NCBI GenBank assembly: GCA_013239625.1
Contig: MU053933.1
Coordinates: 374,001 to 438,000, forward strand
Source of the DNA: Lama guanicoe
Lineage: Eukaryota
Length of the DNA stretch: 64,000 nucleotides
Reading direction: 5' to 3'
Part shown: in pieces, positions 22,601 to 36,459 of the stretch
Layout: each line of letters opens with the position of its first letter
Position numbering within the stretch: the stretch's first letter is position 1
Position numbers and translations under genes: made by a program
The notes under the pieces: model-generated
Databases searched by the model: none
What the model was told of the DNA's origin: nothing
The model's input: only the letters and a program-made list of their open reading frames with translations

Positions 22601-24929
22601 AGTACTTAATCTCAAAGGAAGAGTCTTGCACATAAAATTTCTCTTTTGCAGCTATTTAAAACCTTTTAAAAATGTCTTTGTATTTTGAACTGAATGGTGG
22701 TAGAGCAAGAAGTAGCTTTGTACGTAAAAGAACAATGCTTGCAAGTCTTTCAAAGCGCCTCGAGTTTTAGGGGCACCTGTGATGAGGCCGGGTGAGCATA
22801 TTTTGTCATTCCCGTGTGACAGGCGAGAAAACCAATAGGGTCTGTGTAGCCAGAGCAGAGCTAAAAGTCAGTTTTCTCATTTTCGGTGTACTCTACCATG
22901 TGCCAAAAGCATACCCTCTACCTGCGTGCCTTCTGCGGCTTCAGGAAGATGCAAGTTGGCGCCTCCTCTTTAAGCCATGTGATCAGGCCACTTCACTTTT
23001 AAAAGGGGCCTGACTGTCAAACCCAGCAGAACCTTGCAGTCTACTCAGTTGGTCTCTTTGATCTGAGACTCTCTATCAATTCCTTCTTCAAACCTATTTG
23101 TTTCACTGATGTCTTACTCCCCTGGAGTTTCTACCCCTTACCTGACCTCTGTTCTTGGCCGCCTGTGTTAGCTCCTCTGCCCGAACCGTCCTCACTGAGG
23201 GTCACCTGGCATTCTGACCTTGGCGCTCCTGTTCCACTCCCCCAGCACAGGCCCGTCCATCCCTGGGACATTGGCCCAGTTGCCTGAGCCAGGGCCTCTC
23301 ACCAAGTCCAGGCCATCTGCCTCTTGAGTGTTCCTCTGATAAGGTAACCATGGTCTGGTCCAGAAACTTCCTAACTGCTCTCCCAGCCCCTAGGTTTTCC
23401 CCTTTTCATCCACCCTCCTATTGCGGTCAAAATGATCTTTTTAAAAAGTGAGAGGCATCACGCCACTCCCTTGCTGATGTTTTTCAAGTAACATCCTAAT
23501 TTCATAACATAACCGACCAGGCGAGTGACAACCCACTTCTGTCCCGTGTCCCCCAGCACCCACACAGGCACACATCTTCTCAGAACAAGTCACACTGTCT
23601 TGCACCTCTGAGTGTCCTCCTGTGATGTGCTCTCCCCCTCAGTTCTTATGCCCCCCACGCCGTGCACACCTGACTTCCCCTCGATACTTTTATCTTGCTG
23701 GTCACGTGACTTCCTCCAGGATTCCCCCACCCGCTTCCCCAGTTGCCACTCCTTGGCCTCATTCTGGGTTGAGTTCTCCCCGTCTGTGGATTGAGTGTTA
23801 TCCATCCATGCATCCCAGTGGGACATCTAGCACCACATGCGTGTATATTTATTTAGACGTAGTTCACGTCCTTGATATGGCTAGCTTCTTAGAAGACATC
23901 ACCCTTTGGATAACCTACAGCTCTGAGCTCAGCAAGCGTGTAGCTGAGCTTCCTGTCTGCCTTCTCCCTTCCCTTAAACCTGTTTTTCTTTCCCTGCCCC
24001 TGCCCCTGCCCCGTCCTACTTAGTGGGGCTGCCCTGCCACTCAAGCTGGAAGCGTGATGATAACTTTAGACTCTCTCTCCCTCTGTATCTGCATTCAGCC
24101 GTCACTCAGTCCTACCTCCCCACCTCTGAACACCAGCTCCATCCTCACCTGCCCTCCTGGTGCTCTTCCTGCCCCCAGGGCCTCTCACCAACCATTGTAG
24201 CCACTCAGCCAAGTCCCTTCTTGGGATTTGTGCCTTCCCGTCCCAGTCCAGTCCGGTTTTAGCCCAATTTATTTCTCTAAGTGCAAATCCGATGTTATCC
24301 GCAGCCCCAGTGCTGGCAGAGCCCACAAAGTGGTGGAGACAACTTCCAGGCTTCCCCGCCACACCAGGTGCTCCGGCCACGCACCGTGGGCACAGGCACT
24401 GCCCAGGTGCCCTTTCCCTACTCCGTCTGCCAGCATATCTGATTTCCCCTTCAGGCCTCCGCCCGAGGCCTCCTGCCTCTGTGCTTCCGAGGCTCTGCTG
24501 TAACAACTCTTCATGTATCCCTGCCTGCTCGCAGGCCCCCTGCCCACTGGCGTGTGGGGCTCCCTGGTGCAGAGACCGTGCCTGTTAACCCACGTATCCC
24601 CCAGCTTTGGGCCTGTTAGCTAGCATTGTGTCCCAGGCCACCTGCCCTGGACGGCCAGTCTTCCTGCAGTAACTGTGTCACAGCAGTGTCTGAGTTTGTG
24701 GTGTTAGAAATGCTATAACTCGACTTGACTGCATGTCTCGTACCCAGCAGGCCCCTCTCATCAGCTGGGGGAGGGGGTCTCTCTGGATTTAAACACATCA
24801 GCCCCTGCGAGCTGTGAGCTGGGAAGCTGCAACCAGCTGGAATTCTCCGTTTCATTGTGAACTGGCGTCGAGAGGTCCAAGCAGGGTGGGAGATAGTCCC
24901 CTTAAACAGCAGGTTAGGGTAGAGGCTGG

Positions 24930-25245
24930 TGGATTCATTCTCTGTGGCTTCTGTAATAAGTTACCGTAAGCTTGGTGACTTAAAGCAGCAGCCATTCATT
25001 CTCTCACGGTTCTGGAGGCCTGAAGTTCAAAATCAGTACCACTGGGTGGAAATCGAGGTGTTGGTAGGACCACACCCCCTCTGGAGGATACAGGGAGAAC
25101 CCCTGGTGGCCCCCAGCCCGTGGTGGCTCGTGGCCTCTCTCCTATAAGGACACCTGCAAAGACCCCTTTTCCGTTTAAGGTCACATCACAGGTTCCAGGC
25201 ATTGGGACCTGACATCTTTGCGGGCTAGTATTTAATCCACTGCAC
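24930..25245 (-). mobile_element. MaLR LTR (MLT1-like)
   Basis: ggtgacttaaagcagcag...ctcacggttctggaggcctgaagttcaaaatcag...taaggtcacatcacaggttccagg. Confidence 0.8.
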
Positions 25246-25752
25246 GTGAGGACAGTGTTCCTGGTTGCGTGTTAGCAGAGGGGAAAGGTCTTTGAAAAGC
25301 GTATGATGTAGGAAAAAAGAGAGAGAGAAAAGGGAATGAGATGTGAAGTGTGTGACTGTGTGAAAGCTTGATGACAGCCAGCCTCCTCATGAATGCCACG
25401 TCCGATGCTCAGTGAGCCCCAGCCCGATGCCGGGGTGGACCCCTGTTCTCTCTCGAGCATGGCTGAAGTGGGGTCACGTTAAGTGTCTGTCCCACTGGCT
25501 TCTGACTGTCGTGAAGCTGGGTCTACACATCATGGTGAGAACAGGGAGGGTGCCCTGCTGAAGCGTCAGTCTGCCGTGCTCTTCCCTTTCTCGGCAGGAC
25601 CTGATCACCCCTCAGCTCTCTTCCCACCGCCCTGGTCCTTCAAGATCTAAGCCCCCTTGAGGTCCTCCATTCAGCCGACAGTCCCTACTAATGAGGACCT
25701 GCACACCAGTTCCTAGCAGCCCTTTCGCCTTCGGCAAGATTGGGAGAGGACA

Positions 25753-25804
25753 GTGTGTGTGTGTGTGTGTGTGTGAGAGTGTGTGAGTGTGTGTGTGTGA
25801 GAGA
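25753..25804. repeat. (GT)n/(GA)n microsatellite
   Basis: Directly visible. Confidence 0.95.
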
Positions 25805-26767
25805 CAGAAATAGTAATTCTGGGTATTTGATTACGAAATGTACAACCAGAACCCGGGTTTAGCTGGAATTTCTCAGGTGCTGCTCCGTAAGCTGCTCTCG
25901 TAGGAGATGGTGAGGGGGGTTCTTTGAAAGGCCACACTGTGGGGTTCCTTGGGTCAAGAAAGATGGGTCCACGTGCCTAGGCCAGGGCGTGGGGTGAAGG
26001 AAGGTGGCCCCCGTGGAACTAGAGTCTGCCCGCCAATGCGATCGGGCCCCCTGCTCTGTAGGAGAATCAGCTGTTCTGCACACGAGGGTCGTAAAGGCTG
26101 GAACGCGGAGGAGTGGACCCAGGTCTGACAGCAAAGGCTGAGACCTTCAAGTAAGCTGCTCTGAAAATGTTTCAGATGTGTAGCAGGGGTTGTTAACTGG
26201 TCAGCCTTTTATCTTCTTTTTCTCCTAAAGGGGTGAATCCAGAGCTCAGAGCTCTGGTTAGCTGGTTCGGGAAGGGAGAAAGGTGTGCAGCTGGGGAAGC
26301 AAGGAGGCAGGAAGCAGAGGGCTTGATGAGTGAGTTGGCTGACAAGCTACTTACTCTGTAAGGGGGACGTCCGTGGCGATGTGGAGGGGGTCCATCTCTG
26401 GGCCATCTCTCCTTCCCCCTCTCTGCCTTCAGCTTTAGGATCCATGTGGCTGCTGTGACCCAGGCTCTGCGGCTGCAAAGATGAATACCAAGTGGTCCCT
26501 GACCTCAAGGAACTGGCATCCTCTCTGAGGAAACAGACGTGAACCGTCAGTCCAGGTGGTAAAGGCCCTGAGACTCACGTGTGCTCAGGATTGTGGGGCC
26601 CTAGGTGCGGTGGTCCTGTCTCTCTCAGGGCCCCAGATGTGGGGAGGGCCTGAGGCTGGAGGTGGTCCTGCCAGCCTCTATCCTCTCAGTCCAATGAACA
26701 AAACTCTGGAATCAATCACTACCTGCTTCCCTTAAATGGCCACAAATCAAGGAGTTCCAGCTTCAAC

Positions 26768-27662
26768 ATTCAGACGGTCAACAGGCACATGAAATCCTGC
26801 TCACTATCACTAATTACCAGAGAAACGCAAATCAAAACTACAATGAGGTATCACCTCACACCGGTCAGAATGGCCATCAATCACAGGTCTAAAACTTTAA
26901 ATGCTGGAGAGGGTGTGGAGAAAAGGGAGCCCTCCTGCACTGTTGATGGGAATGTAGTTTGGTGCAGCCATCATGGTAAACAGTATGGAGATTCCTCAAA
27001 AAATAAAAATAGACTTACCCTATGATCCAGCAATCCCTCTCCTGGGCATATATTTGAAAGGAACTCTAATTCAAAAAGACGCATGCACCCCAGTGTTCAT
27101 AGCAGCACGAGTTACAGCAGCCAAACATGGAAGCAACCTAAGTGTCCATCAGCAGATGACTGGCTAAAGAAGTTGTGGTATATTTATGCAATGGAATACT
27201 ACTCAGACATAAAAAGAATAAAGTAATGCCATTTGCTGCAACATGGATGGACCTGGAGATCATCATTCTAAGTGAAGGCAGCCAGAAAGAGAAAGAAAAA
27301 TACCATATGATATCACTTTATGTAGAATGTTAAAAAAATGACACAAATGAACTTATCTACAAAACAGAAACAGACTCACAGACACAGAAAACAAACTTAT
27401 GGTTATTGAGGGGGAGAGGAAGTGGGAGGGAAGGGATAAATTGGGAGTTTGAGATTTGCAAGTACTAACTACTGTATATAAAACAGATAAAGAGCAAGCC
27501 TACTGTGCAGCACAGGGAACTGTATTCACTACCTTGTAATGACCTATAATGAAAAAGAATATGAAAAGGAATATATGTATGTATGTGCATGACTGAAACA
27601 TGATGCTGTGCACCAGAAATGGACACAACACTGTAAACTGACTATATTTCAATTAAAAAAAG
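26768..27662 (+). mobile_element. 5'-truncated L1 (ORF2 C-terminus + 3'UTR + poly-A)
   Basis: Translates to [28 protein letters not shown] and LPYDPAIPLLGIY (L1 ORF2 C-terminus, frameshifted); A tail; imperfect flanking repeat GGA(G/C)(T/C)TCCAGCTTCA. Confidence 0.95.
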
Positions 27663-29204
27663 ATGGGACCTCCAGCTTCACCCCTGACGTAGCTTGTGCT
27701 GGGTCCAGGACAGGCTGGCGGGGGCAGACCATCATTGGGGATTTCTAGACCGTGACACAAAGTTGTGGGAGAAGGACGAACTCAGCACAGGGCATTGGTT
27801 GGGTGGCCCTTTCCAAACAGCAGTTTATTTCGTGGAGCTGCCCGTGGAATGGTGCTGTTTCTCACCAAAGCACTCCAAATGGCTGAGCACGCTTGTCCAA
27901 TTTGGAACTCAAGCTTCGTGCGTTTCTGTGCACACAGTGAATAGAGGGTTAAAAGTGCTGACTGCATTGATCTGGCCCCGAAGCCATTTTTCAAAAGATC
28001 AAAGATGTCACTGGTTTTTGTTTCCTTTTCCTTTTTTTTTTTTAAAAATCTTGGAGACGTTAGAGCTTTACCTCTTTCCTTCTGGTAAGAGTCAGTCTTG
28101 TTGACCCTGGTCCAGAATGTGATTCACCCAACTGAAAACAGAAATATGAACGTGCATTTAAATTTGATTGTAAAAGTGCTCACTGTACTTCATCTTACTT
28201 CCCAGGATCATTTTGATATTTGGCATGTTTTATGCTGTAAGTTTGACACATTTAAACATCTTTAGTAGTTCCCCCCACCACTGATAGGGAAAAAGCGGTG
28301 GTAGAACTAGACTTGATAAAGGCATTATAGAACGTGAAGTGTGCTTATGAAGCAGTCTCATGAAAATTGGGTCAAATGATTAAATCTGTTTTCTCCGTTG
28401 GGGAGCCCCTCCTCCCAACATGTGACTCAGTTGATTTGGTACACTGTCTGCTTCCCTGGTATCTGTGACATTATTATTTCTGATAATAGATGCCGTGTTC
28501 CTTTTGTGCTTCCTTACTTTCTTCATCAGGTAGGCAAATTACTGTCCACGTTTCAACACTTTGAAAGTTGACAGGTGGTACTGAGCAATGACCGAGAACC
28601 ACAGTGAGGCCATCTGAGGTGTTCCCAAGACTGCACATGTAACTCATTCGATGTATCGTTGGCTGTGATAACTCCAGAATTCTCAAAGGACGCTTGGAAG
28701 TATTCCCAAGTTTTGACTTACAAAAATCAACTAAATAAAAAAATAAGATATTTGGAATATGGGATAGGGAGGTAAGGGTGAAAAACGCTTGGGCACCTCT
28801 CTGAAATCTGGTTTCCTTTTCGGATTCAGTTCTCCCCTTGCAATCAGTGGGCTGGAGCGGTTGATTTCATCATCATGACATGCTTATCAAAATACGGTGA
28901 TCTGCCATCAGCAGTGTAATAATTATTCCAAAAGTGCTGCGCTCTTTCTCCTGGGCTTGAAGTCAGCTCATCAGAATTTTGAATTAAAACTGAAATCCCC
29001 TCTCAGTGCTGCAAGAAACGGGGCCTCGCTTTTTTCGTTGTTGCCAGTATCAGGGTTTCCAGTAGAGTGAGTGGCCTATTTTGGGCTCAGGTACCAAAAA
29101 AATCCAAGTGGCCAAGATAATTGCACTAAAGTAGAAACCATCAATTGTTTTAGCAGGTATAAACTAACTTTCAGGAAAGCATTCACTGCTCAGATAATTT
29201 TTAA

Positions 29205-29440
29205 AATTTTCTTTTAAACAATTTAATTGTGGCAAGATTTCTGCACAATAAACTACACATATTTCAGATGTACAATTTGATGAATTTTGATAGATGTCCA
29301 CACCCATGAAACCACCACCACAGTCAAGATAGTGAACATTTCCATCACTCCCCAAGAGCTGCAAATCTCAGGCGCCCAATTTATCCCTTCCCACCCCCTT
29401 TACCCACTGGTAACCATAAGTTTGTTCTCTATGTCAGATA
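29205..29440 (-). mobile_element. Old L1M 3' end fragment
   Basis: tgtacaatttgatgaattttga...ccatgaaaccaccaccacagtcaagatagtgaacatttccatcactccc. Confidence 0.8.
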
Positions 29441-29829
29441 ATATTTTAAGTGGGGCCAAATATGTACAAGAATGTAAAGAGACAAGAAGGTAAAACTATA
29501 CCAATGATTCCTCACCAGATTTATTATAAACACAAAATGTCACCAAGCGCAGCTGAGCTGGTGTGGAGAATGTTACTGAAATCGACACGCCTCCAGGTCT
29601 GAGACTTCCATCAATTGGATGATAAATGAAGGGAAATGAGAACCTTCCTTTGGCTGAGAAACCAGGGTTTAATTCCGAAATTGGGAACGATGAGCCAAGT
29701 GTCACCGATTACAATAAAAGAAAATTTGAGCTGCAGTGCTTTTTTTAGGCATGGCTGGTCTGGCTGAGACAGAGCCACACACATGCATGGGGTGTTGATC
29801 CTTTTCTTCTTATGGAGGTGGGCACTGAG

Positions 29830-30090
29830 AGGCAGGATAGGAGAGGCTGAAGGTGTGGTGATGAGACCATCAGTCCTGGGTGCAAGAGTCAGCTCTTCCG
29901 TTTAATAGCTGGGTGGCCCTGGGCAAGTTACATCACCTCTGCCACCTGCATCCATGAAACAGGAGCGGTGATGATCAGCACCTCTGCAGGTCATGGATGA
30001 GGGTGGAATGAGATAATAAAGGTCAAATGCTCAGCACTGCCTGGCATATAGCAGGCATTCAACGAGAATTAGGTATTGTTGTTATTATTT
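29830..30090 (+). mobile_element. MIR SINE
   Basis: tagctgggtggccctgggcaagttac...atgagataa...cagcactgcctggcatatagcaggcattcaa. Confidence 0.75.
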
Positions 30091-33000
30091 CTACTCCTCA
30101 CTTAGACAACTGCTTAAAGCCATTCCAGACAAAAATCATCAGATCTGGAAGGGTGCAGATGGAACTGTTCCTGGAGAGCATGCTGAGGGCGGCTAGTATG
30201 CACAGCGTGAAACAGAATCAGGCTAAGAAGGTGCTGTCTGGGATGGTCCTGAGTGTGAGATAAAAAACAGTGATGCAGACGAACAAAAAAGGTCATGAAA
30301 TAAAGGCAGAATTCCTGAAGTGATAAGACCTGTGTGATGATAAACTGATAGAAGTAATTTGCTCAAAATCACATATATTCACGTTTGAAAATAATTGTGG
30401 GAATACAAAAGCCAGGGAAACTATAAATTGGTACATATAGAAAAATGCAAGGAAATTCCACACAAATCTAAAAATAGGACATTAGGAGATGTTGCTAAGT
30501 AGAGAGATACTAAACTTGGGTGAGATAGAAAGTTTCTGGATGAGGACGAGGGTTGCCGGATCTGAAGAGGTAGTTACCGGCCAAGCGGTGGTGCCTGGCT
30601 CCCGGGTAGATCTCAGAGTAACGCGACTCACGCCAGGTGGGGTGGGTCTGATCCCTCAAACTGGGAAGAGCCACTCCTCTGATGCTTGACTGAAGTGACC
30701 CTGATTCTGGCTCACCCTAGGAGCTCAATATTACATTTGGTAGTGAAATTTGTTCCTGAATTATAGTAATTATAAATTTGAGCACAGAGTTGTAATGACA
30801 GGGGAAATGGAGACTCGTGGACAATCAGGAAATTGCTTTCTGGGTTCTGCAATACAGTAATGACCCCGATGGTTTTACACAGAATAGCGGGAACTCTGAG
30901 AAGGCTCTTACAGCACCTGCAGCTGACCCTCCGTGTTCCTCAGTTTGGGCACAAGGTGTGTGAGTGCAGCGTGCTCTCGCTCCAAGGCAGATGAGCTGGA
31001 AAACTCCAGTCCATTCGTCAAAGGCCACCACTGGGGGTTGCTTCTCTGATCCTTCCAAGTGACCTAGGACACTCCTCTCCTAAAGAAATGTGGGTTTATG
31101 CTCAGACGTTGTGAGCTGTGCAAGGGCAGAGCCCACATCTTCACTGATTCCTTTACTTCTCAGCTTGAAGTTGCCAGGCTGGTGGGTGCCTGGCCCCAGG
31201 GGACCTCCATCAGCAGTGGATGGAATGGGATTCTCCTTTCAGAGGGGAGCAGGGACTTCCTGTGCTTCGGAGTCTCTTCCCCTCCACCCCAGGGCACTCA
31301 TGGTAATTACATGTCCTGCCCCGCCAGTGGGGAGGACCACGTGACCAGCTACGGCTGGTGGGTTATGAGTGAAGGTGACGTTTGTCACCTGATTGTTCAA
31401 CAGCTTTATTCAGGTGCTCGATGAGTGTTTAGTGACCATGTGCCAAGTGGTGGGGGTGCTCTGTGCTGCTGGGGGGTTGCAGTGTATTGCTCATGGGGTG
31501 CACCCTGCTGGCTGGTGGGGTGCAGAGATCTGCAAGGCTCAGGCCCTGCCCTAGAGGAGCTCAACTGGTCAGTGGCATACCTGAGGTCATCAGCCCAAAA
31601 TAGTGTGATAGCGACCTTTGAAAGGTGTCTGTGCCCCCATCTCTGTTTCACACCCCTCCCCTCCGGGCACTCCTCAGTCTGCTCCAGTCTTCCTGAGCCT
31701 CCACCACTCGCCAAGGTCACCTCCGTGTGACCAAGCCCAGCGGTCACTTGTCTTCATTCATTCATTCTTCTGTGCCTCCTACATCTGGGCGCTGCTCTAA
31801 CCCTCGGGCCCTATCAGTAAGCAAAGCTCCTGCCGTCACATGGTCTACACAGCGCCTGTGTGGACCCAGCAGGGCCCAGGAGTGGGAGGGCTGAGCTGGT
31901 CGGCATAGGGGCTCTGTGAGCACGTGCCCAGGGGCCTGGTCTTCCCTCGGGCGACAAGGACCCATGGTGAGGTTTTACCATCGGGAGAGACACACCCAGC
32001 TTGTGAGCCTGGGTGTTCTGCGGAGGATGGGGGGTGAGGGAAGAGGCAAGAAGCTGGGGCTCTTCTGCAGTGTTTGCCACGAGAAATGGAAAGAGCCTGG
32101 AAGGAGACGGCAGCAGTGGCAACTGATGCCAGGCTCCAGAAGGGAGATTCTAGGGCACGGTGACTCACCGGCTTTGCCGGCTGGGGAGGAAGGGTGGAGC
32201 CTGGCCTGGTTTCAGGCTTGGGACCGGGTGTTCCCTAGGGCCCAGCCCACGATCGCTGCTCCCCTTCCTTCACTTTCCTCCTTCATGCCCTCCTGCAAGC
32301 TTTTAGCTCCACTTGACGCTGCCCCGCAGCCACCGTCCCTGCCTGTCGAGTCTTGGCTATGGCTGCATTTATCAGTCCCGGAGTTAACGCTCTGTGGCAC
32401 AGTCCATCCAGGGAGGAGCTTTTGTCTCAGACGGGGAGGGCTCAGCTGTGTTACACACATGCTACGAAGGGCTTAGTTGTCTGTCGATGGTGATTTTAAA
32501 CCTGTTCTTGAGGCACAAGTCCCGCCATGGTCTGGGTGGGCGGCTTCCCAGGGCACGCGGAAGTCCAGGCCATGCTGTTTGAATGCAAAAAAGCAGCAAT
32601 GGATGGGAAGTGTGACTTTTTACAATGGAGAGGGACTAGTGAAGTCGTGAGTGCCCTGGGAAATCAGGGGCATGTGGCAGATGCCAGTGTTCACCTGACA
32701 ACGTGGGTGGATGCACCCGGGTCTGCAGACAGTCTCAGGGCCTTGGGGACAGGTGAACGGGCAGGTTCTGGACCCCTGGGATTGGGACTGGTTCATCAAC
32801 TGGGGGAGAACGTCCTCCAGGGTCATCAGTCACTGAGATGAAGGGGCCCCCGGGACAGTGCAGGGTGTAGACCCCACCCCAGCATTTTACACAGGATGGA
32901 TTACAAGGACAAAGTGCAGGCGCCTGTAGGTAGCGGGAGGAATGCTAGGTCATAATAGGTACCACCAGGTCTGGCTGGGCTGGGGAAGGGCGGGGTGTTG

Positions 33001-34524
33001 TTGCCAGACAACGAGCCCCTGTGTCCCCCGCCTCTCCATCCCCAAGGTGGGTCCCACGCATTGACGCAAGCCTGAGCTGGGGGCCTGGCACCGCGTGGGA
33101 CTGCCACGGTGGGCCTAAGGTCCCAGCCCAGCTTGCAGTGAGCCCACAAGGGCGCTGGGAGGCTGATCCCAGAGAGTAGCCCCGAGCTACGGGATCTCTG
33201 GGTCCAAAGCAGGGAGGGGCGGTGGCGTCTGGGAGGAGAGGACCAGGAACAAGCAGCCCACGAGAAGAACCTCAAGGTGGGGTGGGGCTTCAACAGGGGG
33301 AGTTAGGAACGTCCTGCCGTCTCTGGACTTACGCAGCCCAGGCCTGTCTCTCTGGGCTCTGAGGCCCGCAGGCAGGTTGAGTTGTCACCAGGTAGAGCTA
33401 ACGGCCGCTCAGGTAGCTCACACAGCTAGTGTCTCTTCCTTCCTTCCCCCTGCAATGTCCTTCTCCCTCTTAATGCTTAGTTGGCTCTTCCTCATCCTCC
33501 CAGACTCAATCTGGTGTCACCTCCTCTGGGGAGCCCTCCTTGATTTCTGCACAGAACTAAGTAGTTTTCCATTGTTGTTCCATTTGGGATTCATCAGCAT
33601 ACCCGGCACAACTCGTATCGCTTGGAGGCAATCACAGGTATCTTCTCACCTGTCCCCGCACATTTTCTTCCTGCCTGCAGCCCCAGGGTTTAGTGCCATG
33701 CCTGGCAGGTAGAGGAGCTCCTTGGTCTCTGAGACCAGATGAGGGATGAAGAGCAAGGAGGAGTGGTGGGAGATGAAGGTGGAGAGGAAGATGGGGCCAA
33801 GGCTAGATTGGCCTGGGGGACGTGGATGGAGCTTGGGAGATGGTCATAAGTTCTGATGGCTGTGGGCAGGACCAGGCAAGCCTGGGTCCCATGGTCACAG
33901 ATGTAGAGGGCAGTCTGGTCCCATGACCAGGGGTAGCCAAGAGCAGGCAGGAGTGGAGCAGGGACTGGACAGAGTAGGAAGCTCTCGAGGGCTGGGGGTG
34001 GTGGGTTGAAGGTGCGGGAGGCGGGGCTGGGGAGGCGGGGATTGGGTGGGGGCCAGGATGGAAAAGAAGGGCAGAGTGTGTGCTGTCAGGTCCAACCTGG
34101 AGTCTTTCATGGTCCTGCGTGGTGACTGGACGTAGTAGCTGTTCACTGAATAGTAGCCAGGTGCGTGAATTCACACCCCCGCGACACGGCTGACTCACTT
34201 TCAAGTCCTGGCATTGTGATGGCTGCAAGATGTCTTGCGGGGAATAACCTTGGAAACCATAGCCCTGCGGAGAGGATGCTTCCAGATCCAGGGGCTCAGA
34301 TGCAGAAACGGAAGAGCTCTACCCAGAGCTGTGCAGAGGCGAGTGGCCTGTCTTTTGAGACCTCTGTTTCCCCCGCACGTGTGTACAGGTGATTTCTCAG
34401 GTCCCCAGAGAGCAGCCGGGGCTTGGCCCTGGGGGGTTCTGGGGTCCTGCTCTGCTTCCTGCCTCCTTCACGCTGGCCCAGAGGACACCACATCCCCAGG
34501 AGCAGCTTTGAGCAGGGAGTGAGT

Positions 34525-34950
34525 GGAACTGTGTCCCCAGATATTCCTAACCTCTGAACTTGTGAACGTGACCTTATTTGGAAATGGGGTCTTTGCAGAT
34601 GTAATCAAGTTAAGTCGAGATCATCTTGGAGCAGGGTGGGCCCTCAGTCCAATGACTGGTGTCTTTATGAGATGAGAGCAATTTGGAGACATACAGATGC
34701 AGGGGGAGGAGCCGTGGGAAGACACAGGCAGAGATTAGGGAGGCAGCCACGAGCCAAGGAGAGCCGAGGCCTGCTGGCAGGAGCGGGGAGAGACACGGAG
34801 GGAGACTTCCCTAGAGTCTTCAGAGGGCACAGTCCTGCCAACACCTTGATTTTTGGACTTCTGGCCTCCAGAACTGTGAGAGAATACCTTTCTGTGGTTT
34901 TAAGCCATGCAGTTTGAGCTTGTTAGAGCGACCCCAGGAAACAAATACAG
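34525..34950 (+). mobile_element. MaLR LTR (MLT1C-like)
   Basis: tgtgaacgtgaccttatttggaaatggggtctttgcagatgtaatcaagttaag...ggacttctggcctccagaactgtgagagaata. Confidence 0.9.
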
Positions 34951-34969
34951 GAAGAACCAGTAGTGCTGG

Positions 34970-35150
34970 AAAATGAGGCTCTGGGTTCTAACTGAGTCAA
35001 ATTCCAACCCTGCCAAGGATGAGCTGTGTGACCATGAGTGAGATACTTAACCTCTCTATTCCTTGGTCTCCCCCAAGTTGTTGAAGGGTTGAGTTAACAA
35101 GACTCAAGTGTTAGACAGTGAACAGGTGCCCAGCCTGACGTAAGCTCCTC
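34970..35150 (+). mobile_element. MIR fragment
   Basis: agctgtgtgaccatgagtgagatacttaacctctct. Confidence 0.55.
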
Positions 35151-35219
35151 AGAGGACGAGTTACGTGTTTCAGAATTTACATTTCCTGTTCAGTTCAGCA
35201 CTGGTACTTGCTCTCAGGG

Positions 35220-35675
35220 CATAGCCCTGTTCTGTGCCATTTTCCCTGTACACGTTCTATAGTGCCGCAGAGCGGGCGGCCTAAACAAGAGGACTTTCTA
35301 CTCTCACAGTTCGGGGCCAGAGGCCCAGAATCAAGGAGGCCGCAGGGCCATGCCCCTCTGAAGACTAGGGGAGTCTCCCGGCTCTGGGGTGGCCACCATT
35401 CTGGGCTCTCCTTGGCTTATTGACACAACACTCCCATCTCTGCCCCTCATGTCACACATCCTTCTCCCTGTGTCCCCTCTGTGTCTTCATCTCTGTCTCT
35501 CTCTGTCCTATGTTGCCAGTCATTAGATTAGAGACCACCTTGCTCCACGATGACCTCATCTTAACTTGATGACATCTGCAAAGACCCTGCTTCCAAATAA
35601 GGTCACATTCACGGGTACTGGGGTCAGGACTTCAACATATCTTTGGGAGATGGGGACACAATTCAGCCCCCAACA
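35220..35675 (-). mobile_element. MaLR LTR (MLT1C-like), inverted relative to the 34.5 kb copy
   Basis: atcttaacttgatgacatctgcaaagaccctgcttccaaataaggtcacattcac...ggggacacaattcagccc. Confidence 0.88.
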
Positions 35676-36029
35676 CTGCCTCTTGTGAAAACGTCTAAAA
35701 AGTGTGGGGAATATTTTCTCTTCAGGCACTTGAAATAACAGGTTTTTAAAAATGTATTTCACAAGTGAGCCTTGGGCAACCCCTGAAGCGTGTGTTAGAG
35801 CGGATGCTGCGGGCCGGCTGCTCCCGTGTGAAGCTTCATTAACAGTGCCGCGGAGCACAGAAATTAAGCCGCCTGTACGTGCACAGAAGCTTCCTGTATT
35901 TTGACTTTATGGGATTCACTCTTTTGTTCATTCTTCAAATATTCATTGCATTCCTCTGCATTCTACGATCTCTGAAAGATAAAACGGAGTATAAGGACCT
36001 GGTCCTCGCCCCCATCACCTCCTCAGACG

Positions 36030-36400
36030 CACGGGTCAGGAGCAGGTGGCGGGAGCCGCGCGCCTGAGCGCCACCGCACGTGTCCTCTAACTCTGGGCCG
36101 GCTTTTCCGGCGTGAACTTGTCCCGAGCTCCTTTCTCCTCTCACCCTCCCACTTCCCGCATCAGATCCAGGTGGCTCCCCACCCCGCACGCGGGCGGCAG
36201 GCGCCCGCCGCCTGAGCTCCCGCTGGTGTCTTGCCTGCGGCCGGGTCTGGCGGAGCCGCGAGCGCGTTGTCCCCGCGCCCGGGGGCCCGGCCGGCGGTTC
36301 CCAGCGCCGCTGCTCCGGCGGCCAACCGGCGCGGTCTCCCAGGGCGCGATGCCGTTCGGCATCTCTGTGCAGGGGAAACTGGCCGAGGTCGTGTGAATAA
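36030..36400. promoter_or_regulatory. Small orphan CpG island
   Basis: About 370 bp of GC-rich, CpG-dense non-repeat sequence between an MLT1 and an MLT2 LTR. Confidence 0.65.
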
Positions 36401-36459
36401 GGGGTGCCAGCCATTTAAAAATCCCAAACGAGTGCCGTTTTACAAGGGAAACAGTGAAT

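Noticed and set aside
26789..27167. ORFs with L1 ORF2 similarity as functional genes
   Set aside because: Frameshifted remnants of a 5'-truncated L1.
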